Shown here: positions 8,332 to 17,638 of the stretch, one piece after another | How the letters are laid out: the number at the start of each line of letters is the position of its first letter | Numbering within the stretch: the stretch's first letter is position 1 | IMG/VR virus record: IMGVR_UViG_3300032299_001015 | Coordinates: 1 to 64,000 of that record | Origin: a virus | Length of the DNA stretch: 64,000 nucleotides | Strand: one strand, 5' to 3' | Translations under genes and position numbers: made by a program | The notes under the pieces: generated by a model | What the model was told of the DNA's origin: nothing | What the model saw: the letters and a program-made list of their open reading frames with translations, nothing else | Databases searched by the model: none

Positions 8332-8495
8332 TTTTTACCAAACTTTCTTGGGTCACGGATGAGATTATATTTTACTAAGTAGCGATAGATAGTCTGATGA
8401 CTTACCCCGCATTCTTTAGCAATCTCTTCTAAAGATTTTTTATCTATAACATATCTTTTAGCAAGATAACTTTTATTTTCATATAGTTTAGACAT
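8328..8495 (-). CDS. Small HTH DNA-binding protein (55 aa)
   Basis: MSKLYENKSYLAKRY...SLEEIAKECGVSHQTIYRYL; overlaps both neighbours. Confidence 0.8.
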   Translation of the reverse strand: MSKLYENKSYLAKRYVIDKKSLEEIAKECGVSHQTIYRYLVKYNLIRDPRKFGKK

Positions 8496-9054
8496 GATTA
8501 ACCAAATTCATATGTGCATAATAGGCTAATCCGAATGCATCTCCAACATCATTATCTGTTATATTAATATTAAATTTATTATTAAAATAATCTAAAGTTT
8601 TTTGCTTTCTTAAAGTTCTTGAATAATTCCTGTACCAATTATCTGATTTGCCAGGAAATTCTAATTTAATACCCTCTTTATCAGCCTTTGTTAAATTTTT
8701 ATTACCTATGTATGACTGCCATTGAATCGGAGGAACTGTAATAATGCTGTTAGAATCTTTAGCCAAACCTCCGACTAATGCCCCCACAATCATAGCCATA
8801 TGGATAGCGACTGCTTGAGATTTTACCATAATGGCTGACTCTATACAAATATAATCTGGCTTAACTTCTTCCTTAATAAAAGGAATCTTGTCTCTACAAT
8901 CAATTACTTTGTCATATATATTGTTTCCATGAAATTCTACCTTACCCCATTTGATTGGCTTGTCGTCAAAGAGACAGAAGGCAAAGGAATTAGTAGAAGA
9001 GTCTACTCCTAAGACTGTACTAGCGTTTTGTTTTATTAGTTTTTTTAGCGACAT
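8488..9054 (-). CDS. ruvC: RuvC-like Holliday junction resolvase
   Basis: VLGVDSST, ICIES, DVGDAFG acidic residues. Confidence 0.8.
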   Translation of the reverse strand: MSLKKLIKQNASTVLGVDSSTNSFAFCLFDDKPIKWGKVEFHGNNIYDKVIDCRDKIPFIKEEVKPDYICIESAIMVKSQAVAIHMAMIVGALVGGLAKDSNSIITVPPIQWQSYIGNKNLTKADKEGIKLEFPGKSDNWYRNYSRTLRKQKTLDYFNNKFNINITDNDVGDAFGLAYYAHMNLVNHV

Positions 9055-9316
9055 TTTTAATAACCTCTAGAATATTTCCCTTATCCTGCTGTTTATTTTT
9101 ATCTGTACAGGTAAAACATAAATCATTTTCATTGTATCTACTGAGTAATTGACCGCACTCACAATATCTTTTTTCTCCACTTAGCCTTCTTTTGTTTTCA
9201 TAATACTTAGTCATTATTTTTTTGTTTGTCGCTAAACGACAACAAGCGGGGGTGCAATACTTTTGATTCTTTTTATTAGATTCAAATGGCTGCCCACAAT
9301 TAGCGCAGTTTTTCAC
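9020..9316 (-). CDS. Cys-rich zinc-binding protein
   Basis: CANC, YCTPAC, CECG, CFTC. Confidence 0.7.
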   Translation of the reverse strand: MKNCANCGQPFESNKKNQKYCTPACCRLATNKKIMTKYYENKRRLSGEKRYCECGQLLSRYNENDLCFTCTDKNKQQDKGNILEVIKNVAKKTNKTKR

Positions 9317-10089
9317 TCAACACCCACTTTGAGATTAGTAATCTTTACCTGACCATCCTCACGCTCTTCACATGCCTCTGATACTGGGCACCCTTTACAA
9401 GTCCAGGTAGACTTTGTGTATCCTCGTTTTGGTGGAATATTGTTTTTATATGATTCACGAACCTCTTGCATCCAAGAAAACACATACTCAATATATTCTT
9501 TATTCTTATCATTCATCTCAATGGGGATACAAAGTAGTTCATTGTCATTTTTATTTTCATATAAAATGAATCCTTCATCTGCCCCCTCAATTTTCATATA
9601 AACTAATAATTGAAGAAGATGGCTTGGAGAAGGATGTCCTTCACCCTTTCTTTGAATGAAATATTGGTCTTTGATCGTTTTGATTTCCCCAATAATCTCT
9701 TCATTGTCAACCTCCAGAACTAGGTCAGCGAACCCTCTTACGGGAGGGTCGGTGTTTTTAATCTCTCTTTCATTCTGTTTTAATAAACCTGTAGATTCGA
9801 CAAGTTTTTCTATACGTTCATGGGCGGCTGTTCCAGATCTCATAGATGCAATATTGGCGGCTGGAATATTATCCGTAAACTCAGCACCGTTGAAAGCAAT
9901 CCACCAGTATCTTGCACAAGTTCCATGACCATACCCAATAGTGCTAGGAGCAAAAGATGTTTTTCTTTTAAACTCTTTATTTGTATTAGATTCTTGATAT
10001 GCAGAGTTAAGCATCTTTATAAATTTTCGTGCATTTAATTTGGTATTCTTAGGTTTAGTCATCAGTGATGATAATAGATTCTTTGTCAT
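9313..10089 (-). CDS. Cas4-like PD-(D/E)XK exonuclease
   Basis: N-terminal Cys (GTCAR), GTAAH, ADL..EIKT, QLLVY, C-terminal CKGC..C. Confidence 0.85.
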   Translation of the reverse strand: MTKNLLSSLMTKPKNTKLNARKFIKMLNSAYQESNTNKEFKRKTSFAPSTIGYGHGTCARYWWIAFNGAEFTDNIPAANIASMRSGTAAHERIEKLVESTGLLKQNEREIKNTDPPVRGFADLVLEVDNEEIIGEIKTIKDQYFIQRKGEGHPSPSHLLQLLVYMKIEGADEGFILYENKNDNELLCIPIEMNDKNKEYIEYVFSWMQEVRESYKNNIPPKRGYTKSTWTCKGCPVSEACEEREDGQVKITNLKVGVE

Positions 10090-10090
10090 A

Positions 10091-10423
10091 TTAACCTAAA
10101 TTATACCTTACGATGTACTTCAGCGAATCTACAACCTTATCTAAACTATCCTTGGTAGAATAGTAAACATTCTTTTTAATGTTATTTGGAGATCCAGTTG
10201 GGCCTTTAGCCGCCGTTGAATACCATGCTGCAAGAATACCAAACTTAGCAGATAGAGCCTGAAGTTTTGCAATAAGAGTGAGTGCCTGGGTTGGAGGGAT
10301 ATCTGGCTTAGATATAATTTTTACGATAGCAGCCATAGCCTCATCAAGACCTTCGTCTTTAATAAAATCATGGATATCAGTAAACTCTGACACCTGATTA
10401 ATAAGATCAATTGTATTTTCCAT
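10091..10423 (-). CDS. Hypothetical protein
   Basis: 110-aa helical ORF in recombination block. Confidence 0.7.
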   Translation of the reverse strand: MENTIDLINQVSEFTDIHDFIKDEGLDEAMAAIVKIISKPDIPPTQALTLIAKLQALSAKFGILAAWYSTAAKGPTGSPNNIKKNVYYSTKDSLDKVVDSLKYIVRYNLG

Positions 10424-10715
10424 CTATCTCCTCCAATAATTCTTCTAGCACTTCCCATTCAATAACGGCGAGTCTAGTCCTTCTGCCACCGCTGCCTAAG
10501 ACAGCCTGAAGCAAAGGGTTCTTTGTGTTATCTGTCTTAAGACAATCAGTAACAATCTTGGCCCACATATCCTGGCTTAATGATATTGACTTGGCATATT
10601 CTTTTACATCTACTACAAACCTGTCTATGTTTCCATCGGCTTTTTGATATTGACCGCGACCACTATTTTTATGAGCCTTTGCACCCATTCGTTTTAATTC
10701 TGCACGCTCACTCAT
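10407..10715 (-). CDS. Small PD-(D/E)XK nuclease, Hjc-like
   Basis: MSE..NSGRG..KAD..VDVK pattern. Confidence 0.6.
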   Translation of the reverse strand: MSERAELKRMGAKAHKNSGRGQYQKADGNIDRFVVDVKEYAKSISLSQDMWAKIVTDCLKTDNTKNPLLQAVLGSGGRRTRLAVIEWEVLEELLEEIDGKYN

Positions 10716-10905
10716 ATGCTAACCTAGCACCACCTTCATGTCCATTAGGACATGTCCAGTAAACTTTTTTATTCTCTGAGTCATACTTTCCTGTAGCAAC
10801 AGTCTCAAAGCACCCTGGCTCAGAGCATGTAAATGTACCTTCAATATCTTTAAGGTTGCTAGATTTATTCGGAGAACTAGTAATAAATGTTTTAGGATCG
10901 ATCAT
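10708..10905 (-). CDS. Small zinc-ribbon protein
   Basis: CSEPGC..WTCPNGH. Confidence 0.65.
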   Translation of the reverse strand: MIDPKTFITSSPNKSSNLKDIEGTFTCSEPGCFETVATGKYDSENKKVYWTCPNGHEGGARLAYE

Positions 10906-11909
10906 ATCTTTTCATACACCAATTTTGTGAGTTCTTCTTGCATATCAAGGTCTTCTCTGACCCTAGCAATAACATTAGCGCGACCTTGGATACGATCACC
11001 TAGTACTGTATACCATGCACCGCCGCGTTCAATAACACCTAACATTTCGGCACTATCAACTAGATCAGCAACCTGATCCACGCCTACATGTGATCCCTGG
11101 AAATAAAAATCGTACGACCCCGTAATAAATTGTGGACCAGTTTTGTTATAGTCAATAGTCCAATTAACTGGGCGACCAACCTTCTGTTCAATTAACTTAT
11201 CTCCTACTGCAATTTTATCCTTGATGCTTGAAGCCTCTGCTTCACTTGACCATAGTTTAATAATTGTACTAGAAAAGAACTTTACAGCCATTCCACCTGT
11301 GGGAATATGGCTAGCGTGCATGGAGCCAAACTGGTTACGTTGTTGAGAGATAAGGATGAGAAGCGTTTTATCATTAACGTAGTTTAACATTTTGACCGCG
11401 TGAGTCATATCCTTTGCTTCTGCTCCAATTTGTTTAGTATCTTGTAACTGCTTTAGTTCAGATCCATCTTTTTCAAAGTAGATTGCTGGCAGTAGTGCAG
11501 AGATGGAGTCTACAACAAGGAGGTCCACCCCCGACTGGATAAGTTGCGTCCCAATATCAACCATGTCGTTAATTGTTTTTGCGGAGGAGTAAATAAGTTT
11601 TGAGGAATCGACTCCAAGTTTTTCAGCCCATTCAGGAGAATATGACTGTTCGGAATCAATCCACGCGCATGTCTTCCCCTCGCTCTGGGCATCTGCAATA
11701 AGTTGCAGGCAGAATGAGGACTTTCCAGAACTTTTATTACCCCAGATAAGAACTTGCCGACCATACGCTAACCCTCCTTTTAGAGCAACGTTTAAAGAAA
11801 AACTTGGAGTTTTCTGCTTATGTATTTCTACATTAGCGGCGCTTCCTACCATCTTTCTTATTTTTGGATCTAATTTCGATAGAACTTCCTCCATCATCAT
11901 GTCGCTCAT
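10902..11909 (-). CDS. recA: RecA-like recombinase
   Basis: GNKSSGKS, WIDSE, LLVVDSISAL, GGMAVKF, GGAWY. Confidence 0.93.
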   Translation of the reverse strand: MSDMMMEEVLSKLDPKIRKMVGSAANVEIHKQKTPSFSLNVALKGGLAYGRQVLIWGNKSSGKSSFCLQLIADAQSEGKTCAWIDSEQSYSPEWAEKLGVDSSKLIYSSAKTINDMVDIGTQLIQSGVDLLVVDSISALLPAIYFEKDGSELKQLQDTKQIGAEAKDMTHAVKMLNYVNDKTLLILISQQRNQFGSMHASHIPTGGMAVKFFSSTIIKLWSSEAEASSIKDKIAVGDKLIEQKVGRPVNWTIDYNKTGPQFITGSYDFYFQGSHVGVDQVADLVDSAEMLGVIERGGAWYTVLGDRIQGRANVIARVREDLDMQEELTKLVYEKI

Positions 11910-12075
11910 TAAAGTGATTCTCCAATACTTCTGATAATTTTTTTATCTCGTCGTTTCTAGAACGACCTAATGTTGATATTATTTGCTGCATAAGTTGTTC
12001 ATCGTGTCCACGAATAACAAGAAGTTTTTCTCCATCTGAACCATGCAGAAAGTAAGCGTCCATTATATCACCCAC
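11833..12075 (-). CDS. Hypothetical protein
   Basis: Fills gap between MazG and RecA; start may be ATG 12063. Confidence 0.55.
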   Translation of the reverse strand: MGDIMDAYFLHGSDGEKLLVIRGHDEQLMQQIISTLGRSRNDEIKKLSEVLENHFNERHDDGGSSIEIRSKNKKDGRKRR

Positions 12076-12406
12076 GGGTGCCGTGCAGCCGTGACCTTTT
12101 TTTATTTACTTCTGCTTTCGACTTAACTGTTTTATGCAGACTATAAATTACTTCTCCGTTATCTAAAAGACCTTGATACAAATCAAGAACCCTAATAATA
12201 ATGTCCGCTAATTCTTCTACAACTTGATCATGACCTTTTGATTTTCTAAGAGCCTCTAGTACTTCGGTTGCTTCTGAATGAATCATTGCAATCTGCTTTG
12301 CATAGAAGATAAACTTATCTTCTTCTGGTAGAGATCCTAGTGCGTCCCAAAAACCTTTTTCTACTGCTGTTTCATGCAATTTATCTGCTAAATAATCTAA
12401 GTTCAT
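12068..12406 (-). CDS. MazG-like nucleotide pyrophosphohydrolase
   Basis: HSEATEVLEALRK..EELADIIIR. Confidence 0.85.
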   Translation of the reverse strand: MNLDYLADKLHETAVEKGFWDALGSLPEEDKFIFYAKQIAMIHSEATEVLEALRKSKGHDQVVEELADIIIRVLDLYQGLLDNGEVIYSLHKTVKSKAEVNKKRSRLHGTRG

Positions 12407-15400
12407 CTAATAAATCCTTTAAGTGTTGTAGCGCCAGATGTTGTTTCACCAAATATAGGTTTACAGTGTGACCCTGGCCTCATTTTTGCTAAGGCCTCTC
12501 CATACATAGAGGGAAAAATTACAATGGATGTAAGATCTTTTTCATCATTTGCAAGAACAGCGTTCGCCATCTTATCACCCTTTTTAGTTCTTCTTGGCTC
12601 CATGTCTACGACAAAATATTCATCTGGCCCAAGAGTCATAGTTTTTGCCTTTAAGAATTGTACAAATGAATTGCTAGTAGAGTCAAGGGAATCTGGGGGA
12701 AGGTACGAAAGAATTCTATTATCTGATATTAACAGGATGTACATTTTTCCAGGCTCAATTGTTGTATCTTGATTATGGAATACCCCCACGCTGCCTGTCT
12801 TATCGACTATTTCTACCCTACTCCACCCCTCCCCTCGCTTAATAGATTTGACCATACCCATAACAATGAAGGCACCATTTTCATCATATTCTTCTAGAGG
12901 TCTAAAGTATGATTCTACCCAACGAGGAATATTAGTAACAAACTCTGGAATATTTAAGAATTCATATAGGCTTTCTCTTTCATTTCCAGTCCTTGGATTA
13001 TCCTCAAATGCTGCAGCACCAATTCTATTAAGTGCATCGACGGCGCGACTATTAATACCAGAACCTTTTTTACTAGTGAATTCAATAAACTCTTTATATG
13101 AACTAAACGGGCGTCCAACAAGAATCTTTTTAGAAATCCCAGCAGATAAGTATTTAATATTACCAAGCCCAAATCTAATGGCATCACCCTCAAGTGTGAA
13201 GTCTTCTCCAGACTCATTGATGTGTGGCAGGCGAATCTTAATATTCATTCTCTTGGCTTCAATAAGGTAGTCGGTTCTTTTATCCTTATCTAATTCATTC
13301 TTAAGCAAGGAATACATAAACTCTATTGGGTAGTATCTCTTAAGCCAAGCCGTCCAATAAGATAGCGTAGAGTAGGCCACAGCATGACTCTTATTAAAGG
13401 AGTATCCAGCATGGGCCTCAAAAGTATGCCAGAGTTTTTCGGCGGCGTCCTTAGAAATGTGTAGTGAAGCGCCAGAAACAAATTGATCCTTGAACTGGTC
13501 GAATTCTTTTGCATCTTTCTTCTTTCCAATAATCTTACGAACTTTGTCTGCCTCTGCCATTGTCATCCCGCCCAAGTGAACGCAGGCCTGCATGACTTGC
13601 TCTTGATAAAGGATACACCCATAAGTATCTTCTGTGAACTCTTTAATAATTGGATGAATATAAGATACCGCCTGACGCCCCTTCTTTCTTTTAATATAAT
13701 CTGCACCAATAGTATTCATAGCGCCTGGACGTACAAGAGCGTTTGAAGCGGAAAGTTCATTAAGATTACTTACCCCCATTTTTATAATGAGGTTAGTGTA
13801 AGGAGTTGCTTCTGCCTGGAATACGCCTTTAGTAAATCCAGCAGAAAGATCAGCATAGACTTCTGAATCATCCATCGGAATATCTTTTAGATTAATCTCA
13901 ATACCTTTACGCTCCTTCACGCTTTCCAAGGTATCTTTTACAACAGTAAGAGTCTTGAGTCCAAGAGCATCGATCTTAATCAATCCAATATCTGCTGCCT
14001 GCTCCATGTCTACTGCGACAACAGAAATTCTATTATCGCTATGAGAATCTTTACGAGTTTCAATAGGGGCGTACTTAGAGATATCATCCTTAGAGGTTAC
14101 AATTCCTGCCGCGTGTAACCCTGTCCCACGAATACGACCGCGCAGCCTATCAGCATATTCAACAACTTCTGGATACCGTGAGCGGAAGTCTGAGGCGGTA
14201 GAACTACGCATGAATTCTTCCCAGGTTTCAACACCCTTTAGCGCTTTATTTACCTCTGTAAGAGGGATGCCAAAGGCTCTGGCAACATCTCTAACAACGC
14301 CCTTATCCCTAAAGGTATTAAATGTAGCGATAGCAGCGACATGCTGATACTCAGAAATAAGGTAATCTTTTACCTCTGTTCGACGGCGGTCTTCATAGTC
14401 TGTGTCAATATCAGGAAAGTCATTTCTTTCTGGATTAATAAATCGAAAGAATAGCAGTCCATGCTCAATAGGATCAACATCAGTAATTCCCAGAGCGTAG
14501 CAGATTAGACTACCCGCTGCTGATCCACGACCAGGGCCTACAAGGATGCCATTATTCTTAGCCCAACTAATCATATTTGCTACAACAAGAAAGTATGATG
14601 CAAAGTTTTTCTCTTTAATAATTTGCAATTCTTCCTTGACACGATCAAGATATTCTAATTCAATAAGTTCTTTTTCGCGGAGCCCATCCATGACTCTCTT
14701 CTTTAGTTCCTCGTCAGGATCTTTATGCTTAACAGGAAGTAGATCAAGGTTCTCTTTAATATTATAGCCACTGATCTTATCTGAGATTTCTAGGCTATGC
14801 TCATAGATATCCTCACGTTCAATGCCTTGAGCGACCATACGGCCCTTAACATCCTGATATCCCATGAGCCAAATATCTAGATCCTTAAATGACATTTGCC
14901 TGTCACCATATAGATAGTCTAGTCTCTCCATAAGATCTTTAATCTTACGACTCTTGTTAAAGTCTGCTTCCTTAAGAATATTAGGATGAGTTCCAAGGAT
15001 TAGCATGATCTCTTCCGCCACCCGATCCTTTGGAGAGGCAAAGTGACAATCTAGGGTTACCACGGATTTAATGCCAATAGAGTCTGCAAGATCTAACAAA
15101 TTGTGGTTCAAATCGGCGGGATTATGAGGCTGAATTTCCATGTAAAAATCATCTCCAAACACATCCTTAAACCATCCAGCGTATTGTTGAGCAGCAGTAG
15201 GATTATTGTTCTCAAATGCCTTAGCAATAATACTATTCATACAACCCGATAAAATAACTAGACCGTTTTTATTAGACTCAAGCATGTCAAAGTCGGTGCG
15301 TGGCTTAACAAAGAATCCTTCTTCCCAGGCATTCCTAGAAATGAGATTAAGATTGTCTAGTCCCGTATCATTTTTTGCTAAAACAATAAGGTGATTATAG

Positions 15401-15660
15401 ATTTGATCATCTGGCGTGCGTTCTTTCCTAGACCTTTTATCTAGTCGATCAGTAGTAAAATACGCCTCTAGACCAAGAATAGGTTTAATGTTATTATCGC
15501 GGCCTGCCTTTATCATATCCCTATGACCACTCAATGTCCCGTGATCTGTGATACTTAGGCTACTCATGCCTACTTCTGCTGCACGCTTTACTAGTTCTTC
15601 TGGAGAAGAATATCCGTCTAGAAGAGAATAGTATGAGTGTGAATGATGATTATGAAACAC
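12403..15660 (-). CDS. dnaE: DNA polymerase III alpha subunit
   Basis: PHP HSHSYYSLLDG/TDHG, GRGSAAGS, PDIDTD, GYSFNKSHA; start set to GTG 15660 after GGAGG. Confidence 0.96.
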   Translation of the reverse strand: MFHNHHSHSYYSLLDGYSSPEELVKRAAEVGMSSLSITDHGTLSGHRDMIKAGRDNNIKPILGLEAYFTTDRLDKRSRKERTPDDQIYNHLIVLAKNDTGLDNLNLISRNAWEEGFFVKPRTDFDMLESNKNGLVILSGCMNSIIAKAFENNNPTAAQQYAGWFKDVFGDDFYMEIQPHNPADLNHNLLDLADSIGIKSVVTLDCHFASPKDRVAEEIMLILGTHPNILKEADFNKSRKIKDLMERLDYLYGDRQMSFKDLDIWLMGYQDVKGRMVAQGIEREDIYEHSLEISDKISGYNIKENLDLLPVKHKDPDEELKKRVMDGLREKELIELEYLDRVKEELQIIKEKNFASYFLVVANMISWAKNNGILVGPGRGSAAGSLICYALGITDVDPIEHGLLFFRFINPERNDFPDIDTDYEDRRRTEVKDYLISEYQHVAAIATFNTFRDKGVVRDVARAFGIPLTEVNKALKGVETWEEFMRSSTASDFRSRYPEVVEYADRLRGRIRGTGLHAAGIVTSKDDISKYAPIETRKDSHSDNRISVVAVDMEQAADIGLIKIDALGLKTLTVVKDTLESVKERKGIEINLKDIPMDDSEVYADLSAGFTKGVFQAEATPYTNLIIKMGVSNLNELSASNALVRPGAMNTIGADYIKRKKGRQAVSYIHPIIKEFTEDTYGCILYQEQVMQACVHLGGMTMAEADKVRKIIGKKKDAKEFDQFKDQFVSGASLHISKDAAEKLWHTFEAHAGYSFNKSHAVAYSTLSYWTAWLKRYYPIEFMYSLLKNELDKDKRTDYLIEAKRMNIKIRLPHINESGEDFTLEGDAIRFGLGNIKYLSAGISKKILVGRPFSSYKEFIEFTSKKGSGINSRAVDALNRIGAAAFEDNPRTGNERESLYEFLNIPEFVTNIPRWVESYFRPLEEYDENGAFIVMGMVKSIKRGEGWSRVEIVDKTGSVGVFHNQDTTIEPGKMYILLISDNRILSYLPPDSLDSTSNSFVQFLKAKTMTLGPDEYFVVDMEPRRTKKGDKMANAVLANDEKDLTSIVIFPSMYGEALAKMRPGSHCKPIFGETTSGATTLKGFIR

Positions 15661-15680
15661 GGTCCTCCAATAAATGAGTA

Positions 15681-15705
15681 AGCAGTAGGAGTATATCCTA
15701 CTGCT
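15681..15705 (-). terminator. Hairpin between SSB and dnaE
   Basis: agcagtagga-gtata-tcctactgct, T-rich downstream on minus strand. Confidence 0.65.
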
Positions 15706-15725
15706 ACCCAACGATCAAGATTCTA

Positions 15726-16379
15726 TTACCAATCGACATTAGTGCTAGAAGAGGTGTCAACATCTACACCCATGTAGAATGCTTCCTGGTCTGGATAGGA
15801 AACGTTGCGAACAGCAACCTTCTCTAGTTCAAATGGCTCTACGTTCTTCCACTCAAACTTATCAGTATCTGTAGCAAGAGGAATTAGCGTGTAACTTGTC
15901 TGAGTTCCCGTGCCACTGCGCTTAAGACGCCACTGAAGATTAGAGATTGATCCTGTATCTCCAGCATACTCAATTAGCATGTTTGTGGCGGGAGACTTCT
16001 GACCTACGCCCTGTGACCATACAGCAACATACTGCTCAGTACCGTCATCAACTAGTACATTAGTGTAGAAACGCAAGCGTGCCTTCCAGCCAGCCTTGGG
16101 GTCCTTACGATGCATCTCGCATCCAAAGCAGCGGCCTTCATCATCCAGGCTACAAAGACCCTTACGGCGGTAATCTCTAGGATTAGTATGTTCTGCGACA
16201 ACGATGGCAAGGCCACGATCTTTATCATAACTTGGGGAATCGGGATCAAGTTCGTTAACAAAGCGGATCTTCACGCTCTGACCATCTTCCAACTTGAGCC
16301 ACCGTGCGCGGGTGCCTTCCTCTGCCTGAGGACGCTCCATCTTACTCTTAATATTCTTTAGACCTGTAATAACTGACAT
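15726..16379 (-). CDS. gp32-like single-stranded DNA-binding protein
   Basis: WLKLEDGQSVKIRF, H..C..CFGC, RSGTGTQTSYTL, acidic tail ending DW. Confidence 0.75.
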   Translation of the reverse strand: MSVITGLKNIKSKMERPQAEEGTRARWLKLEDGQSVKIRFVNELDPDSPSYDKDRGLAIVVAEHTNPRDYRRKGLCSLDDEGRCFGCEMHRKDPKAGWKARLRFYTNVLVDDGTEQYVAVWSQGVGQKSPATNMLIEYAGDTGSISNLQWRLKRSGTGTQTSYTLIPLATDTDKFEWKNVEPFELEKVAVRNVSYPDQEAFYMGVDVDTSSSTNVDW

Positions 16380-16429
16380 GATAGTTCTCCTAAAAAGTAT
16401 TTGACCCTATACATGGGCCGATATAAATA

Positions 16430-17377
16430 TTATAGCGCTAATATTAAACTATTTCCAGCATTTCTAAACATATTTTTTATCTCATCGTCATTAAGATCAC
16501 CCACATCTTTACCAGTCTTTAGATTAATTACTTCTACTGACTTGTTTTTGATATTAGTGGTGATCTTATCAATCATCTTTACTCCAGCGTCATCATTGTC
16601 TGGACAGATAATGATACTGGTTGCGTATTTCTGAAGCAAGGAAATTTGGTATCTACTTACTGTTGCTCCTAACGTAGCCGCCGCCTTCAATCCTACTTGA
16701 TGCAATCTAATTGCATCAAACGACGACTCTACAACGATTATACTTCCTCGCTTAGATTTGTTAAGATTAAACAAAGCCTTACTCTTAGGAAGACCTGTAC
16801 TATTTTTAAATGCTTTTCCTTCTACCGACCTACCAACAAATCCTAGGCACTTGTTAAATTCATCAAAAACTGGGACAGTTACCATATCCTGCTTAGGAGA
16901 GTAACCTAATAAAAACTCTTCCATGGACGAGTCGTTAATATTCCTGCCTAGAAAATACTCTTTTGCACGACTATTAGATTTTAAATCATCATGCAGACGA
17001 CGAATAAGATCCATGTCAAACTCTGGTGTATCCAGCGGCCTATCAATTTGTTCATCTATAACCCGCTTAATGTCAACGTCATCTTTCTTAGAATTAATCA
17101 GGCGAGTGGCTTCAAAGTAATTTCTATTGGTAACACTCATGACCATATCTACTAGTGAACCTGACTCACCACATGAGAAACAAATAAACATTCCATTGGA
17201 TTTATCAATCTCACATGCGGGAGTATGAACGTTATAGTGAAATGGGCAAAACAGAAGGAAGTGAGTATCAATCTCTCCGCCTATCTTAATGTCGGCAGAC
17301 CTAAGAATAGACTCTATCTGTCCTTCTGTGTAAAATTCATTGGTATAAGATTGTTTCCGCTTACTGCTAGATAGCAT
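16430..17377 (-). CDS. dnaG: DNA primase
   Basis: CPFH..CFSCG zinc finger; Toprim VVESSFD, DNDDAG, KDVGD. Confidence 0.92.
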   Translation of the reverse strand: MLSSSKRKQSYTNEFYTEGQIESILRSADIKIGGEIDTHFLLFCPFHYNVHTPACEIDKSNGMFICFSCGESGSLVDMVMSVTNRNYFEATRLINSKKDDVDIKRVIDEQIDRPLDTPEFDMDLIRRLHDDLKSNSRAKEYFLGRNINDSSMEEFLLGYSPKQDMVTVPVFDEFNKCLGFVGRSVEGKAFKNSTGLPKSKALFNLNKSKRGSIIVVESSFDAIRLHQVGLKAAATLGATVSRYQISLLQKYATSIIICPDNDDAGVKMIDKITTNIKNKSVEVINLKTGKDVGDLNDDEIKNMFRNAGNSLILAL

Positions 17378-17616
17378 TGTGCCTTAGCCTTTCCAACGTA
17401 TACTCCATAGATAGTCAACAGGAACGTATAGTTCTCATCCTTATATTCTAGGCTAAAGGCTGGATCTACGTCAAGATGGGGGACATAACCATTTGATCTC
17501 ATCATGTCGATAAGAATGTTTTCATATCTCTCACGAATTTGTGGAATGACAGAATCATCTTCGATCATTCCATCGATATGAAATTCTTTTATTCTTTTAT
17601 GTCCTACATACTCCAC
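17314..17616 (-). CDS. Hypothetical protein
   Basis: 100-aa ORF; TATAAT 6 nt upstream of GTG (leaderless). Confidence 0.7.
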   Translation of the reverse strand: MEYVGHKRIKEFHIDGMIEDDSVIPQIRERYENILIDMMRSNGYVPHLDVDPAFSLEYKDENYTFLLTIYGVYVGKAKAQCYLAVSGNNLIPMNFTQKDR

Positions 17617-17638
17617 ATGTCTATTATACTGTAGTTAA

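Noticed and set aside
15661-15711. N-terminal extension of DnaE in the ORF track
   Set aside because: It overlaps a terminator-like hairpin; GTG 15660 has the RBS and starts at the PHP motif
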